Below, piece by piece: positions 21,249 through 31,488 of a stretch of 64,000 nucleotides of DNA (positions are counted from its first letter, which is position 1; each line of letters begins with the position of its first letter). The stretch comes from Candidatus Marinacidobacterales bacterium (GTDB taxonomy: Bacteria > Acidobacteriota > Vicinamibacteria > Marinacidobacterales > SMYC01). The position numbers and the translations under genes were made by a program. The notes below the pieces were generated by a model, which worked only from the letters and a program-made list of their open reading frames with translations, was not told where the DNA came from and ran no database searches. Location of the stretch: NCBI GenBank assembly GCA_965237955.1, contig OZ250169.1:5984001-6048000 (forward strand). The letters run 5' to 3'.

Positions 21249-22430
21249 TCATCCGCTGCTACCCCCGCGCCACCACCAGCTTGCCGCTTTGCGCTCCCCG
21301 AACCGGAGAAGCATGTCGAGCTTCAACATCAAGCTTCTCAGAGGCGTTCCGGCAAGCCATAGCCCGAGACGATTCCACCATTTGGAGAAGTCCTTGTTGT
21401 ATGGGCAGACCCGGATGCAGATGGAGCAATCGCTGTTCTGCCCGACCCAGAAGCCGAAGCACTTTTCCGCATCGACGCTCCACTTGGTGACTCCGACGAG
21501 GTTCGAGCGGTTGTAGACACGCTCGCTCGGTGCGTCGAACGGGATCGCCTGCGCGGGACAGGCCTCCGCACATCTGCGGCACGTGTCGCAGAACTCTTTG
21601 ACGCCGAAGAAGCGGGGCCGGTCGTGCACGAGCGGCAGGTCGGTGAAGATCTTCCCGAGTCGAACCCGCGGACCGAACTCCTTCGTGATGAGCAGACCGA
21701 GGCGGCCGTACTCTCCGAGACCTGCCTGGATGGCGAAGGGCACGTCGAGCGCAGTGTCGTTCAAGCTCTCCACGGCCCGATACCCGAGATTCCGAATGTA
21801 CTGGCCCAGTGAAAGCAGGAGCACCGTGTCTTGCGAGTAGCCGAGCCCGGTGGCGGCACCGCTGAGCGCTGAAGGTACGGTCTGGATCAGGTCGTAGTCC
21901 ATGCTCGTTGCGATGACGATGACGTTGTCGAGCCCCTCGGGAAGCTCGTTCGGCTTCTCTTTCTCGGTCTGTGCGCTGTACTTGTGGCTGTATACCCATC
22001 GCTCGTCGAAGGCGGTGACGCCGACGAGGCTGGCGCCGAACGCTCGGGCGACGCGTTTGATCTCGGTGGTCGTCTCCTCCGGCGAGGATGAGGCCTGCTT
22101 CTCGTCGGCCGCGCCGCGGAGGACGGTGAACTCGTCGAGGAAACCCTCGCGGCGGTCGTTCTCCTCGAATCGCTCCGCAAAGATGTCGGTCACGTACCAG
22201 GAAGCGTTCCGCACCGAATAGTCGCTCTGCCGGTAGCCATCCACCTGGCGGAAATGTTTGAGCGGCGTGCGATAGGTCTCGTAGAAGATCTCGGTCTTCT
22301 CGGACCGAACCTCGGGGTCCCAGAAGGAACGGCAGAAGATGTCGTTCCGCTGGCTGAAACGGTGGAAGCCCTCCTGGATGATGAAACCGGCGGCGCCATC
22401 TCGCTCATCGCGCGCTGGGGGTTTCGGCAT
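21249..22430 (-). CDS. Reductive dehalogenase-like cobalamin/2x[4Fe-4S] protein, no Tat signal
   Basis: GASLVG, AGLGEYGRLG, GPRVRL..IFTDLPL, FCDTCRRCAEACP and CSICIRVCPYNK motifs. Confidence 0.85.
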   Translation of the reverse strand: MPKPPARDERDGAAGFIIQEGFHRFSQRNDIFCRSFWDPEVRSEKTEIFYETYRTPLKHFRQVDGYRQSDYSVRNASWYVTDIFAERFEENDRREGFLDEFTVLRGAADEKQASSSPEETTTEIKRVARAFGASLVGVTAFDERWVYSHKYSAQTEKEKPNELPEGLDNVIVIATSMDYDLIQTVPSALSGAATGLGYSQDTVLLLSLGQYIRNLGYRAVESLNDTALDVPFAIQAGLGEYGRLGLLITKEFGPRVRLGKIFTDLPLVHDRPRFFGVKEFCDTCRRCAEACPAQAIPFDAPSERVYNRSNLVGVTKWSVDAEKCFGFWVGQNSDCSICIRVCPYNKDFSKWWNRLGLWLAGTPLRSLMLKLDMLLRFGERKAASWWWRGGSSG

Positions 22431-22442
22431 CAGGCGGGTTGG

Positions 22443-23078
22443 CTAACGCTTGGAGACCGAGCCGGAACCGGTAACGGTAACTGCCACTACCGGATTACCG
22501 ATATATTCTACTCTGCCCGAGCCGGTCACGTTGAGGGCAACCACCGAGCTGACGAGGTTCTCGGCCCGATACTGTCCGGAGCCGGTGATGTTGAGTGTCT
22601 GCCGATCGGTTCGACCCTCGAGGGTCGCAGTGGTGGAGCCCGAGAGGTCGACCGTGAGCGCATCGGTGTCGATGCTGGAGGCGCTGACCGAGAGCGATCC
22701 TGCGGCCGTCAAGGCCCGAAGCTCGTCGGCGGTGATGTCATGGCGGATCGGGGATCGGGTCGTGAAGCGCGTGCCCTGCCGGGGGCCCACCACCAGAGTT
22801 CTGTCGACGACGGTGGATTCGAGAAGAGGCAGGATGTTGTCGTCGGCGGTGATAGAGAGGGACTCGGTGCCCGTTCTGTCGATGAGGACCTCGCCGGGCC
22901 CGGATGCGGAGACTGCATCGAAGCCGCTGACATCCCGCGACTCGGTGGCGGGGTTGCCGGATCCGACGATCTGGTCTTCCGTGTCGTCAACTCCGTCCGG
23001 CAACGTCGTACTGTCACTGCACCCAGCGAGCCAGGCGGCAAGGAGGAGACAAACGAAGTTGAAAGTACGGTCAGACAT
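22443..23078 (-). CDS. GIN/DUF2807-domain lipoprotein
   Basis: Lipobox LAGC; GSGN..TESRDV, ADDNILP and repeated GSG motifs. Confidence 0.85.
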   Translation of the reverse strand: MSDRTFNFVCLLLAAWLAGCSDSTTLPDGVDDTEDQIVGSGNPATESRDVSGFDAVSASGPGEVLIDRTGTESLSITADDNILPLLESTVVDRTLVVGPRQGTRFTTRSPIRHDITADELRALTAAGSLSVSASSIDTDALTVDLSGSTTATLEGRTDRQTLNITGSGQYRAENLVSSVVALNVTGSGRVEYIGNPVVAVTVTGSGSVSKR

Positions 23079-23225
23079 TCGTCGACGCCAAACCGCACGT
23101 TAGCGCCCGCGCGCATACAAGTCAAAATTTGTGGATTTCGGGCAGTTTCTGTTGCCCGGAGGGTGTTTCGTGTTACACTCATTTGTGTATGTTGTCAAGT
23201 AAATTCGGACCGATGCGTCCACAGG

Positions 23226-23459
23226 CTAAGAGACTGAACCCAGCCGCTTGATAATAACCTTCGAGCCCTGACAGAGACAGGCGGCTTCATCTTGCCACTG
23301 GGAGCGGATCCCACCCGGGCAAACACTCGTCGCCTTGGATGCCAAGTAGTCCTTCTCCAATAGAACGACGCCGTGACACCCGAGCTCGGTGAGGTGGTAG
23401 GCAATGGACGCGCCGGTGATCCATCCACCGATGACCACACAGTCCGCTCGTGCACTCAT
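23226..23459 (-). pseudogene. FAD-dependent oxidoreductase (sarcosine oxidase beta-like), N-terminal remnant
   Basis: DCVVIGGWITGASIAYHL...VVLLEK; GxGxxG motif damaged; stops after 77 aa. Confidence 0.8.
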
Positions 23460-23475
23460 CTTCTTATTCGGGAGG

Positions 23476-24972
23476 TCAGGTCGAGTAGAGCTTGTCGAGA
23501 TCGACTCCGGCGCGTCGGAGTCCTGTCCAGCGGATCAAGAACAGCAGCGACACCGCGCCGACCGCGACCAGGTATGCCCAGGTCGAGCGATAGTACCAGT
23601 CGTCCACGTCGGCCCGGAGATCCTTCATAACTTGAGCAACGAGGAGCACGCTGAGGAGGAGCGCCCCGCTCCCGCCCAACAGAATCTGCGCCCACCGAGA
23701 CTTCATGAGCCGCAATTCCGCGGCCAGGGAGGGATTTCGCTTGGCGAGGAAGACAAGCGACAGGCATACGAGAATGAAGTTCACCAGCATTCCGATGACC
23801 AAGACGTCGACTCCGAGGAAGAAGTCACCGGCAAGATGACACCCGAAGATGCCGACCGTCGCGATGCAGCTGCTGAGCATGATGGCAACGTGGGGCGTGC
23901 GCCAACGGGGGTGGATGGCGGACGCGGAGCGAAAGAAGATGCCGTCCTCCGCCCAGGCGAACATGAGCCTGGAGACGGCAAGCATCATCCCAGGCAAACT
24001 GTTGAAGAGGGCGAAGGTGGCCGCACCGACGATCGCGACCGTCCATGCCGGCGAGAGGAGATACCCAAGGAGTCCCGGCGCCGTGAGGTCGGTGGTGGCG
24101 GCGCGTTCAGCGATGAAGTACCACGGCACGGCGTGGTAAACCGCGCCGGTGAACAGGAGATAGTAGGCACTGACGATGAGGACGGAAATGCCGGTCGCCA
24201 GGGGTAGCATGACGTTGGGATTCTTGGCCTCGCTTCCGGCTTGTGCGATCGAGTCGAACCCGATGAATGACGCGAAGAGGATGGCGATCGCTGCCAGCCA
24301 GTGAAACGTGTCCAAGGGGCCGGCCGTCACTGGAGCAATAGTCACGCCTTCCGCCCGTGCGACGGCGGCCGCGAAATCGGCATGGTCGTACATGAAGCCA
24401 GTTGGGATCACGATGGCACCGCCGACGAATCCAAGGAACATCAGGCCGATCATGGCGCGCTCGTAGATCTTGATACCGAAGAGGTTGAGCGAGCTGGCTG
24501 CCCAAAGGAATACGAGAGCCAGCGTCACGCGAACCGGACCGGTTTCGAGGGCGGCGGCGAGCTCCTGAAAGCTCAGGGACGACGCGATGTCACGGATGAA
24601 CGGAACCAGGACGTACGCCACGACGCCCATACCTACCGAGAGCCCGAAGCATTGAGAGAAACTGGCGAGGAATCCAAAATAGGCGTGTAGGCTTCGGCTC
24701 GCGTACACATAGCTTCCGCCCGCGCGTGGCATCGCCGATGCCATGGCCCCGTAAGCAAGGGCTGCCAAAATGACTGGCACTATCGAGACAACGAACGCTG
24801 GCAGGACGTTGGGGCCAATCCCCGGGACGTTCCGCTGGAGCATGATGGGGACGACGTTGATGGCGCCACCAATCATGGAGCAGATGCCGGTGGCCACCAG
24901 GCCTAGCAAGCCCATCTCCCGCGCGAGCGTGACACCGCCGCGCTGGTCTTTGCCTATGCCGGCCTCTACCAT
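23476..24972 (-). CDS. APC family amino acid permease
   Basis: LAREMGL, MPRAGGSYVY, FIGFD, EAKNP and SRLMFAWAEDG motifs; many TM helices. Confidence 0.9.
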   Translation of the reverse strand: MVEAGIGKDQRGGVTLAREMGLLGLVATGICSMIGGAINVVPIMLQRNVPGIGPNVLPAFVVSIVPVILAALAYGAMASAMPRAGGSYVYASRSLHAYFGFLASFSQCFGLSVGMGVVAYVLVPFIRDIASSLSFQELAAALETGPVRVTLALVFLWAASSLNLFGIKIYERAMIGLMFLGFVGGAIVIPTGFMYDHADFAAAVARAEGVTIAPVTAGPLDTFHWLAAIAILFASFIGFDSIAQAGSEAKNPNVMLPLATGISVLIVSAYYLLFTGAVYHAVPWYFIAERAATTDLTAPGLLGYLLSPAWTVAIVGAATFALFNSLPGMMLAVSRLMFAWAEDGIFFRSASAIHPRWRTPHVAIMLSSCIATVGIFGCHLAGDFFLGVDVLVIGMLVNFILVCLSLVFLAKRNPSLAAELRLMKSRWAQILLGGSGALLLSVLLVAQVMKDLRADVDDWYYRSTWAYLVAVGAVSLLFLIRWTGLRRAGVDLDKLYST

Positions 24973-25276
24973 TTGAGCCTTCTCTGTATCCCCTCTTGAC
25001 GGGAGCAACGGTGGCGAAGTATACGCTAGGCAAACCGGTCGCGAGACACCATTGAGACATCTTCCACCAGGTTTGAGACAAGACAATGAGGACCATCAGC
25101 GCTAAGCATCCCAAGGGCCAGGAGCCGCCCCGTACCTTGGGGGACAGTGTGAGACTCCTTCACCGCATTTTCTCCACCGGGGTAGAGTACTTCGTCAAGG
25201 GTAGAAGGATTCGTGGGGAGTTCTACCAAAAACAGAAAATAAAAGAGAAGATCTACATCGACGAAATCGACTGGAT

Positions 25277-26261
25277 ATGAGCTTCAAGTCAAAAGAAGTC
25301 AACTCCCACACGACCCTTGCGTATCGCAAGCCGCCTATTTCTGGCAACATCATCAACGGCTTGGGTGAGAAGGAATGGAGGCAGGCGTCTCACGTCTTCC
25401 ACAATGACGGGGACGATGTGCTGCCGTGGGATCGACTCGACAACATCTTTGCCTACGTCAATCCGTGGCAAGTTGTGCTCCGCATCATGAGAAACATCTG
25501 GAACCTGAGGAAATCGGTGGGACCTACTGCGACGACCCGCCGTCCGGTCGAAGACCCCGCGGCGATGACAAGCGAGATCAAATCGCGCGCCAGGGCTTTG
25601 GGCGCTGGGCTGGTGGGTGTGACGCGCATCAAACCGGGCTACGTCTACGAAGGCCTCGAGATCCCGTACGAGAACGCCATCGCGATCGGGGTCGTCATGG
25701 ACCGCGACAAGATGAAAGAAGTCCCGGGCGTGGTCTCCGCAACGGAGGTCATGCACATCTATGCCGAGGTGGGGAGGATTACGTCCCAATTGTCGGAGGA
25801 GATCCGAGCGATGGGCTGGCCGGCTCGCGCCTACGGCAACCCCAACAGCGGCGACCTGCTGCACATCCCAGTGTCCATCGACTCCGGCTTCGGGCAACTG
25901 GGCAAGCACGGCTCCTTGATCTCGAAGGAGTACGGTTCGAATTTCCGTTTGGGGACCGTCGTCACCGACCTCCCGCTCGTGGCAGACGTTCCGGTGGACA
26001 TCGGGGTCGATGACTTGTGCACTCGGTGCAATATCTGTGTCCGCGAGTGTCCTGTGGGATGCGATCTACGACGACAAGCAGCCGGTGCGCGGCGTCGAGA
26101 AGTGGTACGTGGATTTCGACAAATGCATTTACTATTTCACCGAGACCGCCGGCTGCGGGATTTGCATCGAGGTGTGCCCCTGGAGTGAAGAGGGAAGGGG
26201 TCCTTGGCTGTCGGAAAAGCTACTGTCTAAGAGGACAGTGGCCGGCACCTCGCTCGATTGA
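25277..26261 (+). pseudogene. Second reductive dehalogenase/QueG-like 4Fe-4S protein; frameshift near 26055
   Basis: GAGLVG, GFGQLGKHG, VTDLPL and CTRCNICVRECP, then CGICIEVCPW in the next frame. Confidence 0.8.
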
Positions 26262-26430
26262 TTTCACGCCGGCGGGCACGGCCGGCGGAGTATACTTGGC
26301 GCAAACTGTGGTACATGCCATCCTTTTCAGGAGGTGAGTTCCATGTCTCTATTCGGTAAGAACCTCCCCGATTACCTGCGATTCGTTCGCATCGGTATCA
26401 TTGCCATACTCGCGATGGGAGTCATTCGCT

Positions 26431-27006
26431 TCATCGTTGTTCGGTAATGAACGCGATCACGCGGAGTTCGCCGCCGCGCTCACACTTCAAGGGGTCGGTA
26501 AGATAGACCCGTCGAATGAGGCGCGCCCAGCTTCTTCTCAGAGCGGCGCGCTTTTGCGGTGAGAGTGGAGGCTCATCCTGAGCGGCCTGGGTATCCTTCA
26601 GAGCGAACGATTGCAGCGTGAGCTTTGTTTTTGCCCGGCAAGCTCGCGCTTTCGAAGAATAGGCACCGAAATAGTGAATGCCATGCTTGCGAGGCTCTGG
26701 AATCTGCGTCAGCACGCGTGCGATGAACTCGAAGATGTCTAGCGTCTCTCCTTCCGGATGTGAGTAGAGAGGGTCGTCGTGGGCGGCCTTCGACGCGTAG
26801 AAAAGCGTCTTGGCTCCCGGGGTCCAGTGACTCCGCGACAGACTCACCGGGCAGCGAAGCAGATAACGGCAAAGCCTTTCGAGCCCTTGCGTGTCTTCGG
26901 GCCATACCGTGGGAGACGTGTCGACGGAGAATCCGCTATGGCGAGAAAGGACGTGAGAAGCTCGATACGTTCGTCGCTCAACAGCCCCTCGCTTTTGAGG
27001 AACCGA
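26431..27006 (-). mobile_element. IS91-family (Y2) transposase remnant
   Basis: EFIARVLTQIPEPRKHGIHYFGAYS...RRSWARLIRRVY..DPLKC...LRVIAFIT; frameshifted and truncated. Confidence 0.8.
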
Positions 27007-27143
27007 CGACGACGCTCTTGCGGATGGGGTCTTGCGACACCCGCGCGCGGAACTCCGCCATCACCGATGGTTCGGGCGTCCAATTTTGGTACTCAGGCGG
27101 ATCGTAGGCAGCGTAGCGTTTCAAGCAGGTGCGAGGGTCTTCG
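27007..27143. repeat. 137-bp direct repeat, copy B (end of the aminotransferase V gene plus a truncated E1-alpha start)
   Basis: Matches 20714-20850. Confidence 0.92.
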
Positions 27144-28332
27144 TCGTTGCCAGCAAGTGGTTGATGTCCGACTTGGTGTTGAAGAGCGCCGCGCCGGCCC
27201 GTATCTCGGTGCCGTTCTCGCGAAAGCCGACCACGATGTTCTCTTTCTCGAAGAGCGACTGCGCCGCCTTCGGGTCCGCGCCGTGGTAAAAGGACACGAT
27301 GGCGGAGGCGTTTCCCTCCGGAGTGCGCACCTTGAGGCCCTGGTCAACGAGTCCGGCTCGCATGTAGGACGCTAGACCCACCGTATGAGCCTCGATGCTC
27401 TCGAGACCAACATCGGTCAGGTACTTCAGTGCTGCAACCAGCTGATAGAGCGAACCAAAGGTAACCGTCGCGTACTCGTACTTCCTCGCCGTTTCGTGGA
27501 GACGAAACTCGTGCCCGGGAAGCGTCTCTTGAATCGAGAGCCAGCCCAACCGATCGGCGGGGATGCGCTCGAGATGCTCCTCACGAATGTAGAACGGAGC
27601 CACACCGTATGCCGCGAGAAGCCACTTGTACGTGCCCGAGGTCACGAAGTCGACGCCCTCGTCATGGAGGTTCGTCTGGAACATGCCGAGTGCTTGAATC
27701 CCATCGGCGTAGAGGTAGGCGCCGTGTGCGTGAGCGAGCTCGGCGAGACCTTTCAGATCGTGGCGAAACCCGTTCTTTTGGGAGACCCACGAGACGGACA
27801 CGATCCGCGTTCGGTCATCGACGAGAGGTTCGAAGCGTTCCGGGTCGGCGCGACCGTCCACCGAGCGCGCCACGCGGACCTCGATGCCCTTCGTTTTTTC
27901 GAGAGCCTTGTACAAGACGTAGGTCGTCTCGAAGTGCAGGTCGTCGACAACGACGTTATCGCCGGCCTTCCAATCGAGCGCTGCCGCCACGATGTTCTCA
28001 CCTTCACTGGTGGTAAAGAGAAACGCGACTTCCTCGGTTTTGGCGCCAAAGAGCGATGCGAACAGGCCGCGCGCTTCATCGGTTGTCTCGAACATGGAGC
28101 CGTGGGTGCGGCGAGCGGTCGTCTTTGCGCGCAGGAACGCAACACCCGCCTCCTCGACCGAGCGAGGTGGCGGCGAGATGAACGGAGTGTTGAGGTATGT
28201 GCAGTTCGTAGCAGCGGGAAAGTCCTTCCGTACGCCGAGAGGATCATCGCCGGCCGAAACCGTCAACGGGCGAGAAGCGGCGGCCAAGCCCGCGGCACTG
28301 GATGCCAGGAACGCTCTTCGGTCGAGTTTCAT
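27121..28332 (-). CDS. Class V PLP aminotransferase with Tat signal
   Basis: LDRRAFL signal; YLN, DGIQALG and SGTYKWL motifs. Confidence 0.88.
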   Translation of the reverse strand: MKLDRRAFLASSAAGLAAASRPLTVSAGDDPLGVRKDFPAATNCTYLNTPFISPPPRSVEEAGVAFLRAKTTARRTHGSMFETTDEARGLFASLFGAKTEEVAFLFTTSEGENIVAAALDWKAGDNVVVDDLHFETTYVLYKALEKTKGIEVRVARSVDGRADPERFEPLVDDRTRIVSVSWVSQKNGFRHDLKGLAELAHAHGAYLYADGIQALGMFQTNLHDEGVDFVTSGTYKWLLAAYGVAPFYIREEHLERIPADRLGWLSIQETLPGHEFRLHETARKYEYATVTFGSLYQLVAALKYLTDVGLESIEAHTVGLASYMRAGLVDQGLKVRTPEGNASAIVSFYHGADPKAAQSLFEKENIVVGFRENGTEIRAGAALFNTKSDINHLLATTKTLAPA

Positions 28333-28892
28333 GATTTCACCTCCAAAGACTTCACCATTCTAAGCGCACGCTGCCCGGCTGGGTACACGCCTACCCCGTC
28401 TCGGAGACGAAATCCGTGGCGCGCGAAAAACCGTTGCGCCTTCGAGTTCCCCTCGGCGACCACGAGCCACACTTCGCACGCCGGCGGATCCGCGTTTGCG
28501 GCGAGAGAGAGCGCGTGAGCGAGCAAGCGTTTTCCGACACCACGCGATTGATATTCCGGTTCGACCGCAATCGCAACGAGATCCGCGACCAGGCCTCCGG
28601 AACCTTCCGAGTCCCGGTAGGTCGTGAGCATGAAAAACCCGGCACGGTTGCCGTCGAGCTCGGCGACATAGCTGGAAACAGCATCGTTCTCGAACCAATC
28701 CCTGAGGTAGTTGTCATAACTCCCGTAGGCAAGGAACGCTTTGTGAGCGACGGATCGTACGAACGCCGCGTCATCCTTGGACGAAGCCCCCGTCCTCCGG
28801 AGCACGATATTCTCGTCGCGGGAGGTTTGCTTTCGAGCCTTTTGGGCCTTTCGGGCCCTTCGGGGAAGTCTAGAACGGTCCGGGGAGGGCAT
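28329..28892 (-). CDS. GNAT N-acetyltransferase
   Basis: IAVEPEYQSRGVG...N.KAQRFFARHGF. Confidence 0.85.
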   Translation of the reverse strand: MPSPDRSRLPRRARKAQKARKQTSRDENIVLRRTGASSKDDAAFVRSVAHKAFLAYGSYDNYLRDWFENDAVSSYVAELDGNRAGFFMLTTYRDSEGSGGLVADLVAIAVEPEYQSRGVGKRLLAHALSLAANADPPACEVWLVVAEGNSKAQRFFARHGFRLRDGVGVYPAGQRALRMVKSLEVKS

Positions 28893-29301
28893 CCGTGATG
28901 ACCCGAAAATCCTGAACCGGCGACGTCACCACACGCTGACCTTCGGTGGAAAGCTCGCAGCAAAGACCGACGCCTATCCACGCAACCTTCAAGAGGGTCC
29001 CCCCGAAGCCCGAGCCACACAGGTACGCGAGCCGCTCGGTGGGGAAGAATCGGCCGCCTTGTACCAGCACTTTCCAATCCCTAGGCTCGACCACCGTGAT
29101 CTTGTACTCGGTGTTGCGTGTCGTCACCGCGAGGCGCGTCACCGGGGCCAGGCTACCGACATGGAGTCCTTTGAGTTCCGAGGTTGCTTCGGTGAAGCCA
29201 GAAAGCGTGCAGTGCCGGGGCACGAGGATTTCACCGCTCTGTTCCGTTTCGAGCGACGTCGTCGTGACCCAATCTGATTTCTGCATGCTGTTCGTGCTCA
29301 A
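28870..29301 (-). CDS. Hypothetical protein
   Basis: 143-aa ORF overlapping both neighbours in an apparent operon. Confidence 0.6.
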   Translation of the reverse strand: MSTNSMQKSDWVTTTSLETEQSGEILVPRHCTLSGFTEATSELKGLHVGSLAPVTRLAVTTRNTEYKITVVEPRDWKVLVQGGRFFPTERLAYLCGSGFGGTLLKVAWIGVGLCCELSTEGQRVVTSPVQDFRVITDALPGPF

Positions 29302-30725
29302 TAATCTAGAAGTGCGCGCGCGAATTCATCTTCCACGTGATCGGCTCGGTACTGACGACGAATCCCATTGGTCACGACGGAGAAGACCATCGGTCTGCGG
29401 CGCTCCGAAAATGCGAACCCAGATAACGAGCTTACGTTCGCGAGGCTACCCGTCTTCGCAATGATACGACCCATATGGTCCTCGTTCAAGAACCGCCGTG
29501 CGAGCGTACCGTCGACGCCCCCGAGAGCGAGCGAGCAAATGACGTCGGTCCGGAGCTCCGGCGCCTTGTAGAGCTCCTCCAAGACCCTCACCAGGATCGC
29601 GGCGCTGAGAAAGTTGTCGTAGGAGAGTCCCGAGCCGTCATCGATGCGAAAATCGTTCTTGCTGAAGCCGAGCCCGACGAGGTATTCGGCCACGGCGCGT
29701 CCGCCCGATTCGAAGCTCCCGGGCTCGCCCCAACGGTGAGCACCGAGTGCCTTCAACATCTGCTCCGCCGAGAAATTGTTGCTGTACTTGCCGAGCGCGC
29801 TCAGCACTTCGACGAGCCGCGCCGAGGTATGCACATACAGCGGTTGAAGATCTTTGCCTTCGACACGCCCGTTCACTACCAGGCCGGGGACGGAGACGCC
29901 TTTTTCGCGAAGCTTGCCGACAAGCGCGGCGGCAAAGTACTGCGTCGGATCGGGCGCGATGAAGCTTCCGATGCGCTCTTCCTCATCACCTTGGATGACG
30001 CGGCCTCTCACGATGACACGGTCACGTCGCAGCTTTTGGACCCGCATCCACGGGCGTCCTCTCGTGGCCGTCGTCACCCGGTTGAGAACGTCAAAGTAGC
30101 CGTAGCCTCCGTCGTGGATTTGTGCGCGGCTTCCGGCAGCGCCCGGCATCGCTTTGATCTCGACGCGATTGAAGTTGTAGGAAAGAGCGCTCTGGATCGG
30201 AAGACCTTCCTTCAAAATGTTGTCGTATGACGCCGGTCCCCGCAGGCGATCGTCGAAAAAGCTGTCGTCGAGGATGATATTGCCTTCGATCGCGCGCACG
30301 CCGCGCTCTGCCAGCGAGTGGGCGATGTAGTCCATCTCATCACTCGTCAGCGACGGGTCGCCGCTGCCGTGCACGTACACGTTGCCCTTGACCACACCGT
30401 CCTCGAGCGGTCCGTCAACGAGGAACTCGGTCGGAAACCGGTAGTTCGGGCCGAGGTAGTGGAGGCTCGCACCGATGATCGGGAGCTTCATCCCGGATGC
30501 GGGCACGAACTTCTTGTCCGGGTTGTGCTCGTAGATGGTCGCTCCGGTCGTCATATCCTTGACGACAACGCCGATGGCCCGCCTGAGCCTGAAGCGTCTG
30601 CGGATTCCGTCGAGCTTTTTCGCGAGCTCTTTATCGACGTCGTTGGCGGTGAGCGAGGGGGGAGAAAACAGGAGCGCGAGCAACAGCCAGAGTACCCGTG
30701 TCCCGAATCGCCCCAAAACCTGCAC
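29298..30725 (-). CDS. dacB: D-Ala-D-Ala carboxypeptidase/endopeptidase (PBP4)
   Basis: PASGMK (SxxK), SNN and KTG motifs; GSGDPSL and DGSGLS. Confidence 0.92.
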   Translation of the reverse strand: MQVLGRFGTRVLWLLLALLFSPPSLTANDVDKELAKKLDGIRRRFRLRRAIGVVVKDMTTGATIYEHNPDKKFVPASGMKLPIIGASLHYLGPNYRFPTEFLVDGPLEDGVVKGNVYVHGSGDPSLTSDEMDYIAHSLAERGVRAIEGNIILDDSFFDDRLRGPASYDNILKEGLPIQSALSYNFNRVEIKAMPGAAGSRAQIHDGGYGYFDVLNRVTTATRGRPWMRVQKLRRDRVIVRGRVIQGDEEERIGSFIAPDPTQYFAAALVGKLREKGVSVPGLVVNGRVEGKDLQPLYVHTSARLVEVLSALGKYSNNFSAEQMLKALGAHRWGEPGSFESGGRAVAEYLVGLGFSKNDFRIDDGSGLSYDNFLSAAILVRVLEELYKAPELRTDVICSLALGGVDGTLARRFLNEDHMGRIIAKTGSLANVSSLSGFAFSERRRPMVFSVVTNGIRRQYRADHVEDEFARALLDY

Positions 30726-30875
30726 CCCTTTTAGGTGGTTACACTTGCAATTCTATACCAATCATAGCGCTCTCCCGAAACCGATCAAGGCTCGTCCCGA
30801 CCCACGGTCTCGATCGCGTCGACAAGGCTCGATTCGGATTGGCTGCCGAGGAGCTCGACGGGTTCCACCTTGGGT

Positions 30876-31453
30876 TCAGGAGGCGCGGAGTGGGACCGGT
30901 GGCACAACTTGGTTGATCGTCCCGTTGCTTACGTCGTAGACGAAGCCGGAGACGACCAGTTGGTCTGGCGTTCCGGGAGTGTGGCGGAGTCGTTCGACAT
31001 CGTCTTGCACAGACGTCGTAGGGTCGTTGATTGCCATCGCCGATACTTCGTCGACACTGAGGCCGAGCCGTTTTGCCACCTGTCCCTGGATGGCCGGGTT
31101 GGTGAGACGAGACATTCCGCAATCGGTGTGGTGGATAACGACAAGTTCCGGCCGCATAGGACTGGTTCCTGGCTGGCTGACGGCGGCGGCCAGAACGCCG
31201 AGAATACCGAGATCTCGCATCACGGCGGGAGTGATTCTACCGCCTGCGTTACGTATGACGAGTGCGTCGCCGAGTCCGAGCCCGAAGAGGTGTGCAGGAT
31301 CGACGCGGGCGTCGAGGCAGGTCAAAGGATCGTTGACATACGGGGCGAAATCTTAAGGTCTCCTGCCGCGAACTGCTCAGCAAAGCTACGGTTGCGATCC
31401 AGTAGCGTGGTCAGGTCCGCCGTCGCTTCCCCTGTTGTCTGCTCCTTAGTCAT
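30876..31453 (-). pseudogene. Beta-class carbonic anhydrase; frameshift near 31328
   Basis: CLDAR, RNAGG and HHTDCG motifs; N-terminus (LLDRNRSF) lies in another frame from ATG 31453. Confidence 0.85.
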
Positions 31454-31488
31454 TCTGTCTTCCTCCTTCCTGAACGTATTTCCGTACC

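Noticed and set aside
20714-27143. 137-bp repeat as a DGR template/variable pair
   Set aside because: The mismatches are not adenine-specific, there is no reverse transcriptase, and the repeat covers a gene start rather than a C-terminal variable region.
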